64,000 nt of DNA from Vicugna vicugna. Taxonomy: Eukaryota. Below the pieces are notes generated by a model. It saw nothing but the letters and a program-made list of their open reading frames with translations. It made no database searches and was not told where the DNA came from. Below, one piece after another: positions 35,620 through 47,920 of the stretch. The stretch is from the NCBI GenBank assembly GCA_013265495.1, contig MU061538.1, positions 1,569,339 to 1,633,338 on the forward strand. Reading direction: 5' to 3'. A program made the translations under genes and the position numbers. Within the stretch, counting starts at the first letter, position 1; each line of letters opens with the position of its first letter.

Positions 35620-38291
35620 ATCTCCTGCCCCCAACCATGCTCCACTTGTTTCTTTCCATACCACTGACCACTAACCACCCTCCAATATACCAAAAAATTT
35701 GCTCATTTTTTTATGTGCATTTCTTGTCTTTTCCATCCCCTCCCCCATAGGTCAGTCCCTAAAGAGCCAGAATCTTGGCCGGATGGACCCGTGATCCTGG
35801 GACACTGTCTGGCAGGTTGTAGGTGTCCAGAAGATACTTTGGTGTGTGAAGGAGGCTGCAGTGCCCTCCATGAGCCAACCTCTGTGGCCAGCGGGACAGG
35901 GGTAGGCAGGTGGTCACCATCATGGCGAGGATGAGGACGGATGTCCCACCCCAGGGGGGCGTGGGGTGAGAAGGCCCTCGATGGGCTGACAGAGAGGGCC
36001 ATCCCGGGACAAGTGAGGGCGTCCACAGTGCGCTGAGAGCTGTGCAGGTGTGGGGTGCTCGGGGGTCCTCTGTGCTTTGCCATCAGGGGAAACGTCTGCA
36101 CAGAAGAACAGCTCTCTGGGGGACGGGATTAAGAGAGGCGAAGGGAACAGGCTCATACCTCTTAACTCTGATTATTTTTACCACAAGCAAGAATTATACC
36201 TAAACTAACTTGTTAAAAGTATCTTCTGGGGAGGAGGACTGAAAGCCACTGATCTAAGTCCAAATCACCCCTATTTTCTCCTTCAAAGGTTGGGGGCGGG
36301 TGTGAGGAAGTGGGGCATGTGTCCAGGTCACCCCCACTCCTCCTGGATCAAGGTAAGGTAAGAACTGAAATCTCTAAACACCTACAGAGGTATTTCCAGC
36401 TCCGCCAGGCAGAAGTGCCAAAAACCTCTTGAGGGGATTTGTTCTTTCAAGACTGGAAGCAAAAATCGGGGGCTCAGGGTGCTCAGACAGCTCGGACAAC
36501 GTGAGGCAGAGGGAACGCAGTGCCTGCCTCCCCTACGACTCCCTCCAGCATCCTTCTGGCCTTCTTGGTCCCACGCGGGCCCACGAAGTCACTCACAGCA
36601 ACTGCAGGTCTCTGAACGCCTGTTTCTCGTCTTCTGTTCAGAAGGAAGCCGTCTTTGCTAACCTTCTCCATAAACACGTGTTACACGCCCGGGACTCTCT
36701 CAAAGCAGGTGCGCAGAGTAATGCGAGAAGGAATGGAGCGCTATTTGCATATCTGGTGTTTAAAGGGTTACTCGTGTAATTACTGAATGTAACTGAGAAT
36801 AAGCTGTTTGACTCCCTTTCATCGTGAGCCAAACACTGGGCTTTGAAAGGAATGCCTTTAAACTGCAATAATACAAAGGCACATGGCGATGTAAGTTACT
36901 GCTCTAGCTTAGGTGAGTCAGACAGGAAAGTATTTGTGACTGGTGTTCTATGAGCAAGTTAAGTTTAGACGCTTGTTTTAAAACCATCTATTGCTCTCGG
37001 TAGACACAAGGATATTATCTCAATTAGAAATCCTTGTGCTCCGCGCTTTTAGACAGCATCCCGTCCGCCCCACGTTTGTTGTTTTAAAGCTCCCAACATA
37101 GCTGCGGCACCTGCGGCAAGGCAAAGCCGGTCCTCTCTGGCGCCCGCAGACGCCGCCTTCCGAAGCTCTCGCGGAACGGGGAGCGGGGAGGAGGAGCCCA
37201 GGAAAATGCAGGAGGCAGCAACACCCTGCGCTCACGGGGCCTGGCGCGAAGCACGCGCACCGCCCGTGAGGGAGAGGGTCGGCTCACTCGTCGTACCTTC
37301 CCGATGCAGGAGCAGACTGGGCCTCAGCCTGTTTCAGACTGGAGGCGGGTGATTGGCATTTGGTCTGACAGAAAGCCTTTTCCACGACAGCGCGACTGTG
37401 TCGCGAGGGGCAGGGCGGTGGGGAGGGTGCCCGGGCCGCTCAGCAAAAGGGTGTTTGTAGGGCTGCCTGCCAAGCTCACACGGCTGAACTTGACCGGCAA
37501 GAATGAGATCCACCCAGAAGTCACTTCCACTGTCTGGGTCAGCACACCAGCAGCCGGCGTCGTGGGCGACAGCTGAAGTTCACAGCACGCACGCACGCAC
37601 AGGCACGCACATGCACGCGCCGCTCTAGTTAAAAGTTTTCAGCAAGAACTTAAATCTAAGTGCTAAAGAGGGAAACAGGTTGAAAGGGACTCAACCTCAA
37701 CTTTGATGTAAACATCCCAGCCTCTTGGAAGGCAGCCATATCTTTGATCCTACACAAACTTTTTTGATTTAAGAATCAAATGTCTTGAATCCTGATCAGT
37801 TGAAGGATAACAAATGTTACAGTTATTTCCAGTTCGAGTCGGCTCGCGGGTGATTAATCGTGGGATAAAATGACAAGGGCCGTCTCAAGAGCTCCTCTAA
37901 CAAAGATGTGTCGATCAGTGGAATTCGTCCAGGGTGTTGAAAAACCTGAAGCGATTTCCATGACATCCGTCTGACATCTGGTAATAACCTTTAATATTTT
38001 CAAAGTATCTTCTCTTCCTTTTCAGATTTGCCAGCGAGACTCTGCGCCCTCGGCTGCGTTGCTTCTTCACGTTTTGGCCTCCCTTTCGACGAGTGTGAAA
38101 TTGGCTGTTAGGAAAAGAACAGAGGGTGGGAAGCGAGGCGCCCTGAGTTCTAGACTCAGCACTAACGCGGCGGCTCTGGGCAGTTCCTTTACCCGGAAGA
38201 TGAAAGGCTGAAAGTAGGCAGGCGCTAAGGCTCCTTGCCGCCCTGAATTGTTCAGTTCTTTATCGCCCAGCAAGGTAAACCTTGTCTCCGT

Positions 38292-38459
38292 TGTGGCCTT
38301 TACCCTGGCTGCACTCTCCCACGTGGGGACATTAAAAAAATGGTTTTAATGCTTCACCACCTGGGCTCCCAGCAGACACTCTGGGTGGGTCCCCGGCGTG
38401 AAGATGTTTGGAAAGCTGCTCAGGTGGTTCTAAGGAACAGCGGAGACTGAGAACCGCTG
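38292..38459. mobile_element. MER5A-like hAT-Charlie MITE
   Basis: ccctggctgcac...caggtggttctaag...tgagaaccgctg. Confidence 0.75.
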
Positions 38460-39464
38460 GTTGAGAAGGGGAGCGAGGCATTGTTATTTAAATCATGCAT
38501 CAGAAAGCAGTGATCAAATCGGGAAGCACCGATTTCTCGGTCACCCCCGGGGGGCCGCCCGGGCCTCTGAGAGGCCAGTGGACGCGTGAGCAGAGTTTAG
38601 GGTCCAGGGGAACCGGCCGTCTGGACCCTGCGTGGCACGGCCTCTCCTGGGCGGCGCATCGTGCGGGAGGGCCGACAGGTGAGCACGTGGCTCAGGTGGG
38701 CCAACCCTTCGCTGGCTTGGCCGAGGCTGGCCTAGGAGCCGGTGGGCATTTTCTCGGTTACCACCTACAACTCCGTGAGAGGCGCGCTCCCTCTGTGCCC
38801 CCAGGACTGCTCTCGGTGAGGCCTGTGCAGTGTGGCCCCGAGTTCCCACCACAAGGAGAGAAAACCTGTCAAAGACGAAGCCAGGATGGATGAAGGCCCA
38901 GCCAGCAGACCGGGCGCCGCGAAGATGATCTGAACGCCTGGACCCCGATGCGGCCGCACCGCTGCCCTGAACTTCCCGGGGCCAGCAGAGGGTCCTCCTG
39001 AGGCTCCTGTCTCCTGCACCTGAACGTTGCGTGGCGCACAGCGGCCTATCTGAGGGGCTCAATCTCACACTCACGAGGTGACAGGGGAAAATGAGACCCC
39101 AGCCTGTGGACGCTGCCCAGAGTCGGGGGAGGAGGAGTGAGGGGGACCCAGAGGGAGGGCCTCGGGAGGGGAGGACATCCCGCCTCCGTCCAGGGCTCCC
39201 TCCGGCAGGCCCTGTGCTGCCCCCAGACCGGACCACCCAAGGGCAGTTCCTGGAGCCGGAGACAGAGCGGGGTCCCCGTCCACACTGGCCAAGCACGTGG
39301 AGAACTGAGTTAGGATGAATGAGAGATGGAAAAGGAGTAAGTCCGCCTGGCGTGGAGCCATCAGCAGCGCACATCGCTCCATTTCTCATTGTTGGAGAGA
39401 GAGGGCATACTAGGTAATCAGCAAGAAAACTGACCCAAAGCTTCAAACGGCAGAACCCTGGTCC

Positions 39465-39623
39465 CTCCGTGTCACGTGTGGCCCATGGGCTGCAGGACCG
39501 GCCCCACCTGGAACCTGCTAGAAATGTGGACTCTCAGACCCCACCCTCAACCCGCTGAATCCGAATTTTCGTTTCAACAGAATCCCCAGTGAGAGCCGTG
39601 CCCATTAAAGTCTGAGAGGCGCA
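39465..39623. mobile_element. MER5A1-like hAT-Charlie MITE
   Basis: cacctggaacctgctagaaatg...ctgaatccgaa...cattaaagtctgagaggc. Confidence 0.85.
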
Positions 39624-40904
39624 CCCGCCCCGCTGCAGAGTCTGTGTGGCCAAGCGCCTTGCCCAGAGAATTATGAATATGCACGGCAAAACCCTATTAG
39701 CGTCAATTCCGAGGGGCAAAGAAATAATCCATCTTTAAGTGGGGAAAATAGCACAGGATGTCAGCCCCGAAACTGGGTCACCTTCGTGGGGACTTTGAGA
39801 TTTGAATTCTGCAAGGAGGGCTCTGGGGAGGCAGACACGCGAACTTCCCCGGTGCTGTGTGAGTGAGTCTGTCTTCCTGGACCCTGAGCCGCCTCTCGAG
39901 AAAACCTGCAGAGCCACCGAGCTGTCTCAGGTCCGTGGGGACCTGTGAACCAGCGCAGGGCTGGTTCTGCGGCACACGCGGCCAGCCCCACGCAGGGCAC
40001 CTGGGGGGCCACTGCGGAGCCCCAGCCCGGAGGCCGCGGGAAACAGGGCTCCATGCCAGATGCTGTGGAAGGGCCGAGGTCACCACCTAGCCTGGGAGGG
40101 TGCTGCGACCCGAGCGTGTTGGGAAGGCGCTGGTTTGGAGGCAGAGCTGGTGTGCCTCCCCGCCAGGTCCAGCCAACACAGCCCCTCCGCCCGGCACGAG
40201 GTGGCAGCCCTGCTGATGTGCCGGGCATTGTCCCCTGTCCTCTAGGAGGAAAGGGCAGGGGTCACGCTCTCCGGGCCTGGATGGGTGAGTGTGCCAGGCA
40301 GAAGGGAGGCTGCGTGGGGAAGGCGGAGACTGAGAAGGACCAGCACAAGGAAGCCAGGCCCGTCAAGTGGAGGTGCCCAGAGCCACGGGGGTCCTGGCCA
40401 GCTGGAACGCAGGGCCCAGTGGCCACCGCGGTCAGGGAGGAGGGAGGCCAAGGGTAAGTGGCTCAAGCAGACTGCAACCCTGAAGACAGGAGTGCCCGGG
40501 AGGGGGGACGGCCAGGAAGGAGCCCTGTGGGGTGGGCCTGGGTGCAACAGGAGCAGGTGGTGCTGTCACAGCACCAGGAAAGGTGGCCGGAGGTCAGCCC
40601 GTTTCTCGCGTGGGGCCCTCTGACGCCAGCGGCACGTTTCCTGCGCAGCCCGCCCACCTCTGCCCCCAGCTGTCAACAGACGCCATCAGCGTAGCTGGCT
40701 GGGAAGGGACACAGCGTCCTTCTCTCTCCAGCCGTTGGGATGTTTTCATGGGCTTTGGGGGCTGGAGAGGGAAACAGGTCCCACCTCTACAGTTAGGTGT
40801 CTAAAGACGTCCCCTACCTTTTCCACAGCAGATGTGGACAACGTAAGAGCTGAGAATCTCCAGCACCTGCCAGGTCTGCACCCTCTTCCACTGCTGGTGA
40901 CCCC

Positions 40905-41080
40905 CTAAACACGTACACAGATGCACACAGACACAGGAATACGCAGGCATACATACACCCGTGCACACACACACATGCATGTGCACACAGTCACACGCGT
41001 ACCTACACGGGAACACACATGCAGACACGCACACCTGCACACACACACACACACACACACACAAGCACACTGTGTGTGTG
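40905..41080. repeat. Degenerate (CA)n simple repeat with a perfect core at about 41038-41063
   Basis: Direct inspection. Confidence 0.95.
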
Positions 41081-41579
41081 CATCCACCTGGCCGCACAAC
41101 TCTGCCCCCACTCCGATGCCAGCTCTCCCCAGAACTGACTGTGGGGCATTTGGGTGCCCACAAAAGACAGAGAACTAGAATCTCAGCTGATGACCCCAGG
41201 TACACAGGACAAAGCCAGGCAGGCGGGCGGGGTGAGATGTGCGGGGCAGGGGAAGCTGCCAGCAGGCCCCGAAACTGCTGAAATCCTCACAGCAACACCC
41301 CATGTGTTTGTCTGAGAGTCTCCAAAAACAAACCTGAGCCGGCCCAGCACCCCTGGGGCTGGGAGGAGGAGATGCAGTTTCACCAAATGGGCCAACACAG
41401 AGAGACTGACATGCGCTCTCTGCTAGGGTCAAGGGGCGTGCCGGACACAGACCCCCAGGGAGCCCAGGCTGTAGCGGGACGTGGATCGACCCTGGGAGGC
41501 AGCAGGTGGGTGGTCTGAACAGCAGGAAGTCCATCAGACCCAGGCCTCAAGGTGGAGTCACCCTCGCTGATGACCCACT

Positions 41580-41695
41580 CCGCCAAGTCCCCAAGCCTCG
41601 TGTAACTCGGTCTCCTCGTCCAGAAAATGGGCATAACAACAGCGGCCTCGCAGGGCTGAGGGTGGAGTGAAGGAGGCGAGGGGTTAAAACATCTG
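41580..41695 (+). mobile_element. MIR SINE split by L1 (3' end resumes at about 42575-42610)
   Basis: ctcggtctcctcgtccagaaaatgggcataacaa...cctcgcagggctg; resumes gcacagtgcctagagcgtggtcagcgctc. Confidence 0.65.
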
Positions 41696-42566
41696 CATGG
41701 AATTATGCTTAGCATCGCTAATTCTCAGAGAAATGCAGATCAAACTACAACAAGGTAATGCCTCACATAGGTCAGAGTGGCCACCACCAAAAAGTCTACA
41801 AATGATAAACGCTGGAGTGGGTGTGGAGAAAAGAGAGCCCCCCTCCACTGCTGGTGGAAATGTAAGTTGGTGCAGCCACTGTGGAGAACAGTATGGAGGT
41901 TCCTTAAACTAATAACAGAGTTACCATATGATCCAGCAATCCCGCACCTGGGCATATACCCGGAGAAAAATCAAATTCAAAAAGACACATGCACCCAGAT
42001 GCTCACAGCAGCACTATTTACAATAGCCAGACATGGAAACAACCCAAGTGTCCATAGACAGATGACTGGATAAAGAAGATGTGACATATATAGACAATGG
42101 AATACTACTCGGCCATAAAAAATAAAGTAATGCCATTTGCAGCAACATGGATGAACTTGGAGATAACATACTAAGTGAAGTAAGTCAGACAGAAAGACAA
42201 ATATCATATGGTACCACTTTTGTGTGGAATCTAAAAAGATAATACAAATTATATTTATAAACCAAAAATAAATTAAAGGACCTAGAAAAAAAAACTCTGG
42301 TTACCAAAGGGGAAAGGGTGGGGGAGGGATAAATTGGGAGTTTGGGATTAGCAGATGCACACACTACTGTATATAAAACAGATAAACAACAAGGACCTAC
42401 CCTACAGCACAGGGAACTGTGTTCAGTATCTTGTAATAACATATAATGGAAAAGATTCTGAAAAAACTATTTATGTATGTAAATGTATAACCGAATGTCT
42501 TGCTGTACACCTGAAACTAACATTGTGAATCAACTACACTTCAATAAAAAATAAAATTAGAAAAAA
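41696..42566 (+). mobile_element. L1 5'-truncated copy
   Basis: [20 protein letters not shown]...[14 protein letters not shown] (ORF2p Cys-rich C-terminus), 3' UTR and A tail. Confidence 0.97.
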
Positions 42567-45500
42567 GATGAGAAAAACGCACAGTGCCTAGAGCGTGGTC
42601 AGCGCTCTGCTGAGGGCGGCAGCTGCAGCCGCGTGGTGTCAGTGATGAAGGGAGGACCAGGGAGGGGCGCGAGGCGGCGGGGGCCTGCCGCACGGGGAGA
42701 TTCCGGAGCCTCTCCCCAGCGGGGCGCTGGGCCTGCCTCGAAAGAGGCCAGTGGGCAGAGGGGTCTCTCCCATCGGGGTCCTGCTCTGGGACGCCAACTC
42801 CAGCCTCTGTCACTCCCGGGACCCCCATTTTCACATCTCTGATTTTAAAAAGGCCGAATCAAATTCCACAAGTTCTGCAAAGCCCGTTCCCACCCTAAGA
42901 TGTTATGAAATTACAGCATTCTAATTATCTCTGCCTTCCCTAAGAGCACAGGTGAGGGATGCCGCACCGCGATGCCACAGTAGACCCTCCAGAGCCCATC
43001 TTAGAAGAACAAAGATCATTTCAACGGGTTTAATAAGGAAAGAAAAACATAATAGCTCGAATTATTGATGCTCCCTTTGACCTTCCACCAAGACTGACTT
43101 GAGTTTGCAGGAGAGAAGCGTGTTGCTGATTGCATCAAGCACGCCGTAGCTGCTTCTCCCTAGCAGTCTCCTTGTTTTATCAATTAGGGGTGGAAAACGT
43201 AGAAAAGTCTTGAAGTGATAAGTCTCTGACGAGGTCATTGGGTTCGTGGAAAAGCTGACTGACTGCGAGTATGGAAACAGGGACAACTGGACGTGCTTGT
43301 GAGCGGCGGCCGTGCTGTCGTGTGGAGGCGGTAAACGAAGTTGGGTTGTGTCGGGCAAGAGTTTTCCACAGGAGCCTCGTTGCTGCACGATCACCTTGTT
43401 TCCCTGCCCACCCCTACCGGCTCTGCTCTCCCAAGAACCAGAGTCCCCAGCTCCCAGCCACAGCGGGGCTTGGTCACGTGGCAGCAGCCTGCTCCGCGAT
43501 TCCTCTTGGCCGTGCACAGCGCGAGCCTCCAGGGCCGCGGCGAGCTGCTCACGGAGGCGGTTCCGAGGCTGCCTGGGCGCTAGTCGGTCCTCGGGCGGTG
43601 ACAGGGTTTTAACTGACCCGCTGCTTCGGGCAGAGAGACCTCCGTCAAGACGGTCATGGTGCCAGGGCCCGGCGGAAACCTTGAGGGCTGGCGGAGTGTC
43701 ACTTCTGTAAGAAGAGAAATCGGTTTCCGTGGGAAGAAGGCTAGTCCCCCAGTGCTGGCTGTGCTGAGCAAAGACACTGCGGGACGTTCCTCTCCTGAGG
43801 GAAGCGCCCGCCCTGCCCGTCCTTGGTCCGGGGCCGCCCTCAGGTGAAGCGATGCACATACAGAACAGAAACACACGTTTGGGGTGGGAAGTCAGGGAAA
43901 AGAGCAAAGGACCACACAGGGAAAACTAAACCAAACGGAGCAAGAAGGCTGGTTCGCCATCACCTGGGGAGTTGGTGAGGAACCTTCCACTTCCCAGGAA
44001 GAAGCCAGGCCGCGCCTTGGGTTTGCTGACTTGGACGTCGGTCGGTTTGTTGGCTTGGTCGGGTTTTACCGTCCCTAGTGTTTTTTCAGGATGCTTTCCA
44101 ACAGTTACACAGAGAGAGAGAAATCGTCGTTTTCCAGCCTCGTGCTTGCTTGGCCTGGGTCGTGAATGGGCGCTAAACCCAAGAGCTGACTTTGATAGGA
44201 CTAGACTCAAAGCCGAAGTATTTGGACCCGAACCCCGCGGGGTGCAGGTTTCAGGCAGACACCAGAGCTGGGGTTCCAGCAGCTGTGGGTCTGGTCACAG
44301 CGGGAAGCCAGCTGTACCTCTTGCCACTGTCGCTGCTGCAGGTGACCCACAGCCAACTCAAAGGCAGCTGGTCATTTTCACAGCTGAGAAGTCGGGCAGC
44401 CCTGGCTCCTGGCGGGACCGGACCTTGCTGCTCAGAGCTCAGTGCTCAGCCTCCAGCAGCAGGGATGTGGCTCCCACAGGCTCCCCAAGGGACCCCTGGC
44501 TCCCAGGCTCCCCTCACAGCAGCCCAGGGACACCCTGTCCCCTCCTCGAGCCCTACGCCGAGCGAGCAGAGAGCAGAGCCCCTCTCCCTCCAGTGCCTCC
44601 TGCACAAGCCCAGGACATGTCTCCTCAGAAGCCCGGCAGCTGGGCCTTTGCGCCCCTCCGTCTCCTCCTGCGCCATCTTGGAGACCCAGGCGGGGAGGAC
44701 ACTGCTGCTCTGAGCCTACCCCGGGCTCCCCCGCCGTCCCCTGGAGGCAGAGTGCAGGCCGCACCCCCAGACCTTCTCAGCGCAGCCCTGGCTTAGGCTG
44801 TGGAGGATGTAGGCTGCAAACCACTGCAGGGTTCCTACTGTGACGGGGGTGATGTTTGGTGCCTTAGCTTCATCTCTGGTCACTTCATTTTTCCCTTCTC
44901 CTCACCTCAGGAGAGGAGACCACGCACTGAGGAGGTTCTGTGGCTCCCTCCATGCCCAGTGCCCTGCTGCCCGGGGACCCCGGGGGGCACAGGGGGCAAG
45001 CCCCGCCCAGCCAGGACGGTCAGCAGAATCGGCACAGGGAGCGTCCAGCCCAGCTCGCTCTGTGTCCACGGCGTCCTGTGGTGCCCCGTCCCTCTGCCCC
45101 CCACCTCTTGGTCCCGCCTTGGTTAAATTTTGTGCCAGCCTGAAGGCTCTATGCAGCAAGGAGATCAAGAGTGCCGTCTGCCATCGGGTGTGAGGGCCCC
45201 TGTCCTGTTGCTTCCAAGCTGTGTGGCCCTGGCAGGTGCACCCAAGTGCCCCAGCCCCAGTCTCCCCCCACGTGAAATGGGCTAACGCAGTCTGCTCTCT
45301 AACGCCACGTCTCAGCCCGGAGCAAAGCCAGCTCTGAGTAACACTGGCCCACACAGGGACCTGGATCCAGGAATCATTGATTCAAGGGCAACCAACATCT
45401 GCAGTATTTCCCATGCAAGCGGGCTTACAGGCTGTCCTCACACAGCCGGCGCTTCGCCGAGTGACGGGGGCCTCGGGGCCTCAGACCCCCGGGGGCGGCA

Positions 45501-47299
45501 TCCCCAGCGCACCCGGGAAGGCAGTGCCGGTGCCTCGCTTGCAGGGCCACCTCCTGTGTGAGCGCCCAGAGCCCCCTGCTGAAGAGGTGCTTGACGGTGA
45601 ACGTCTCCTTGTGGCCGAGAGCAGGCGCCCAGGCAGGAGGAAGGCACTCCTGCAGCCGGGGCCCGGCTGAGCGACAAGCGGACGGGAGCTAGCACGTGTC
45701 GGAGTTCAGGGCGGTGCAGGGCAGCGGTAGCACCGCCTCTGGCTGGTTTAGGGTGCAAGCTTGACGCGCAGAACGGACTCACGATGTGGGAAGGGCTGTA
45801 TTCCTGAAGGGACAGAGACTATTCAGAGAGGCTGCGAGGAACAGAGTAAAGGGAACTGCTGTCTCTCGTCCTTCCAGGAAACAGCAGCTCTTAGAAGAAC
45901 CAGGGGAGGCCCCGCAACGTGGGCGCAGGAGCCGGGCAGTGGGAGCCTCGCTCTGGTCCGGGGGAGACACGGCTGCGCCTCTTCCTGCCGCGTCTGGGAT
46001 GATGCGGCCAATGGCCGGGCTGGGGCAAGGGGGGGGGACTGGGAGGCTGGGAGCCTGCCCGGTACCACGTGGTCAGGGCAGTGGCAGCTCAAAGGCCACC
46101 CTGGTCTCCTTGCTGTGGCTGCCCAAGTGGACGACGTCCAGGGCAAACCACCGCAGTGTCTGAAGGAGGTGCCTGTGCGGAAGGGGTCCAGCTCTGCCGC
46201 GCGGGAGAGGGCAGGAGGCACAGCGGGGCTGTGGGAAGGCCTGCTGCCCCCGCCTCTGGCCCCGCAGAGAAGGGCCCAGTCCAGCTCGGCCGGAAAGGGT
46301 GAGGGCGAGACCCCCCCACCCTGGAGGAGGGGCCTGGGGGGCCTGCACCCATCCCTCTGCAGGCCCCTGCCTCCCAGGTGTTTCATAAAGTTGTCACTTC
46401 TCAGTAGAGTCAGCGGCCACACCAGCTCAAGGGGGAGTGTGCACTGGGCCGCGAAAGGGCCAGCGTTTCAGTGGGTTTCTTTCACCTTTCCGGAGTCGGA
46501 TGCCTGCCTTAGCCCATGAGCCTCCAGTACCATCAAGGCAGATATGGATAAGAAAACACTCGAAACCAAGAAGGACCGTTTTAGTAGGCATTCCGCTTTT
46601 ATTGGCTCTGGCATCAGAGCATCAGGAAATGAAAATTATTCTAAGACTTGACTTGAGCGAGACGAAAGATAGCTAGGAAGGCTCTGTTGCCTCCTGTTGC
46701 TTGAAGAATTGAAAGGACAGAGAAAAATGACGTGAGTTGGGTCATCCAGAGGGGATCCTCGGAGACGAGAGAACTGAAGCCAGGTCTTCAAAATGAGCTG
46801 CAACGGGACAGCGGGCCACCCTGATTCACTCCTAGAAAATGTAAGAAAACGTAGCTGTGCCTGTTATTTACAAAACACTACTGTGCAAGCGGGACCAAGA
46901 CCCCGGAGGCTCACTTGTAGGACTTGCGAGAAAGAAAGAGCACCTTCCCTCACTTGCCTTTGAAGCAGGGAAGGTAAACTCGCCCGTCACTTCCGCACTA
47001 GCGCCAGACACGCACTGCTGAAGGAGGGAGGGAGGCACATCCCGTCATCTCGGCAGGAGACGAGGCTCCAAGCCCAGAGAGATTCCTGACCAGTCAGCAC
47101 ACGTCAGGGTAGCTCATCTTGCAAAATCTTCCAGTGTTCGCGGCTGTCACCAGGACGCCACTGTGCACCAGCGGCCTCCCGGGGAGGGGGGCGGCTCTGG
47201 GGGGTGCGTGTGCATCTGCGTAAAGAATGGCTTCACTGAGCCACATTCCCCTTATTCTAGGAGACGCCCTCTGCCACTTTCCATCTTACTTGATTTCAC

Positions 47300-47382
47300 T
47301 TTTTATAGAAGCACTGGCCATAACCTACCAAATTGATTTCAAAACCCACTAATGGTTCATAGCCCGCAGTTTTAAAAGCAGT
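47300..47382. mobile_element. hAT-Charlie end (Charlie4z-like)
   Basis: aaattgatttcaaaacccactaatggttcatagcccgcagtttt. Confidence 0.7.
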
Positions 47383-47543
47383 GCCACAGAGGACAGGGGA
47401 AGTGGAGGTACTGGTGGAGGGTGGGAGGTTGGTGTGACGCAGCCAGTGAGTGAGTTCCCTTGGGCTGGGTTCCCTGCTCATCTCTGTACCCCCTCTGATG
47501 GGAGCAGAGAGGGAGGGGCCGGGAGGAGCGTGGGTTAAGATGG

Positions 47544-47629
47544 GGGGAGGGTAGAGTTCAGTAGTGGAGCGCGTGCTTAGCATGCAGGAGGTCCTGGGTT
47601 CAACCCCCAGTACCGCCGTTAACAAAAAA
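47544..47629 (+). mobile_element. tRNA-Ala(AGC)-derived SINE (camelid Vic-1 type)
   Basis: ggggagggtagagttcagtagtggagcgcgtgcttagcatgcaggaggtcctgggttcaacccccagtacc plus A tail; degenerate A box, B box GGTTCAACCCC. Confidence 0.92.
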
Positions 47630-47824
47630 GCCTGTGGCACGTGGGATGGCCAGGACCCTTCACACGTGCCAGGAGCAGCCCGTCTGCACCTTGTGCTGAG
47701 CGACTGTTAACAGCACCCCTTTCCATCTCCACTCGCATCCAGGCGCACGTGACAGTGACACGCCCCTCAGAACTGGAAGCCAGACCCTGGCTGGTGCCAC
47801 GCACACCTGGCCTCCCAGGGGCCC

Positions 47825-47920
47825 CGGCCACTCTGCAGGGTCGGGGTTATTCACATTCTCCGGGAGAGAAAACTGAGGCTGAGGGAAAACAGCTGAGTCT
47901 CCCGAGGTTACCCAGCCCCG
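47825..47920 (-). mobile_element. MIR SINE fragment
   Basis: gagaaaactgaggctgag...cccgaggttacccagc. Confidence 0.7.

Noticed and set aside
38026..38274. Coding exon between the acceptor at 38025 and the donor at 38275
   Set aside because: The frame I translated hits a stop and resembles no known protein; a non-coding exon is not excluded.
40801..41281. His/Thr- and Cys/Val-rich ORFs as metal-binding proteins
   Set aside because: Translations of a (CA)n repeat.
47544..47629. Functional tRNA-Ala(AGC) gene
   Set aside because: D-arm/A-box substitutions, altered 5' end, A-rich tail and a second degenerate copy at 31.4 kb indicate a SINE.
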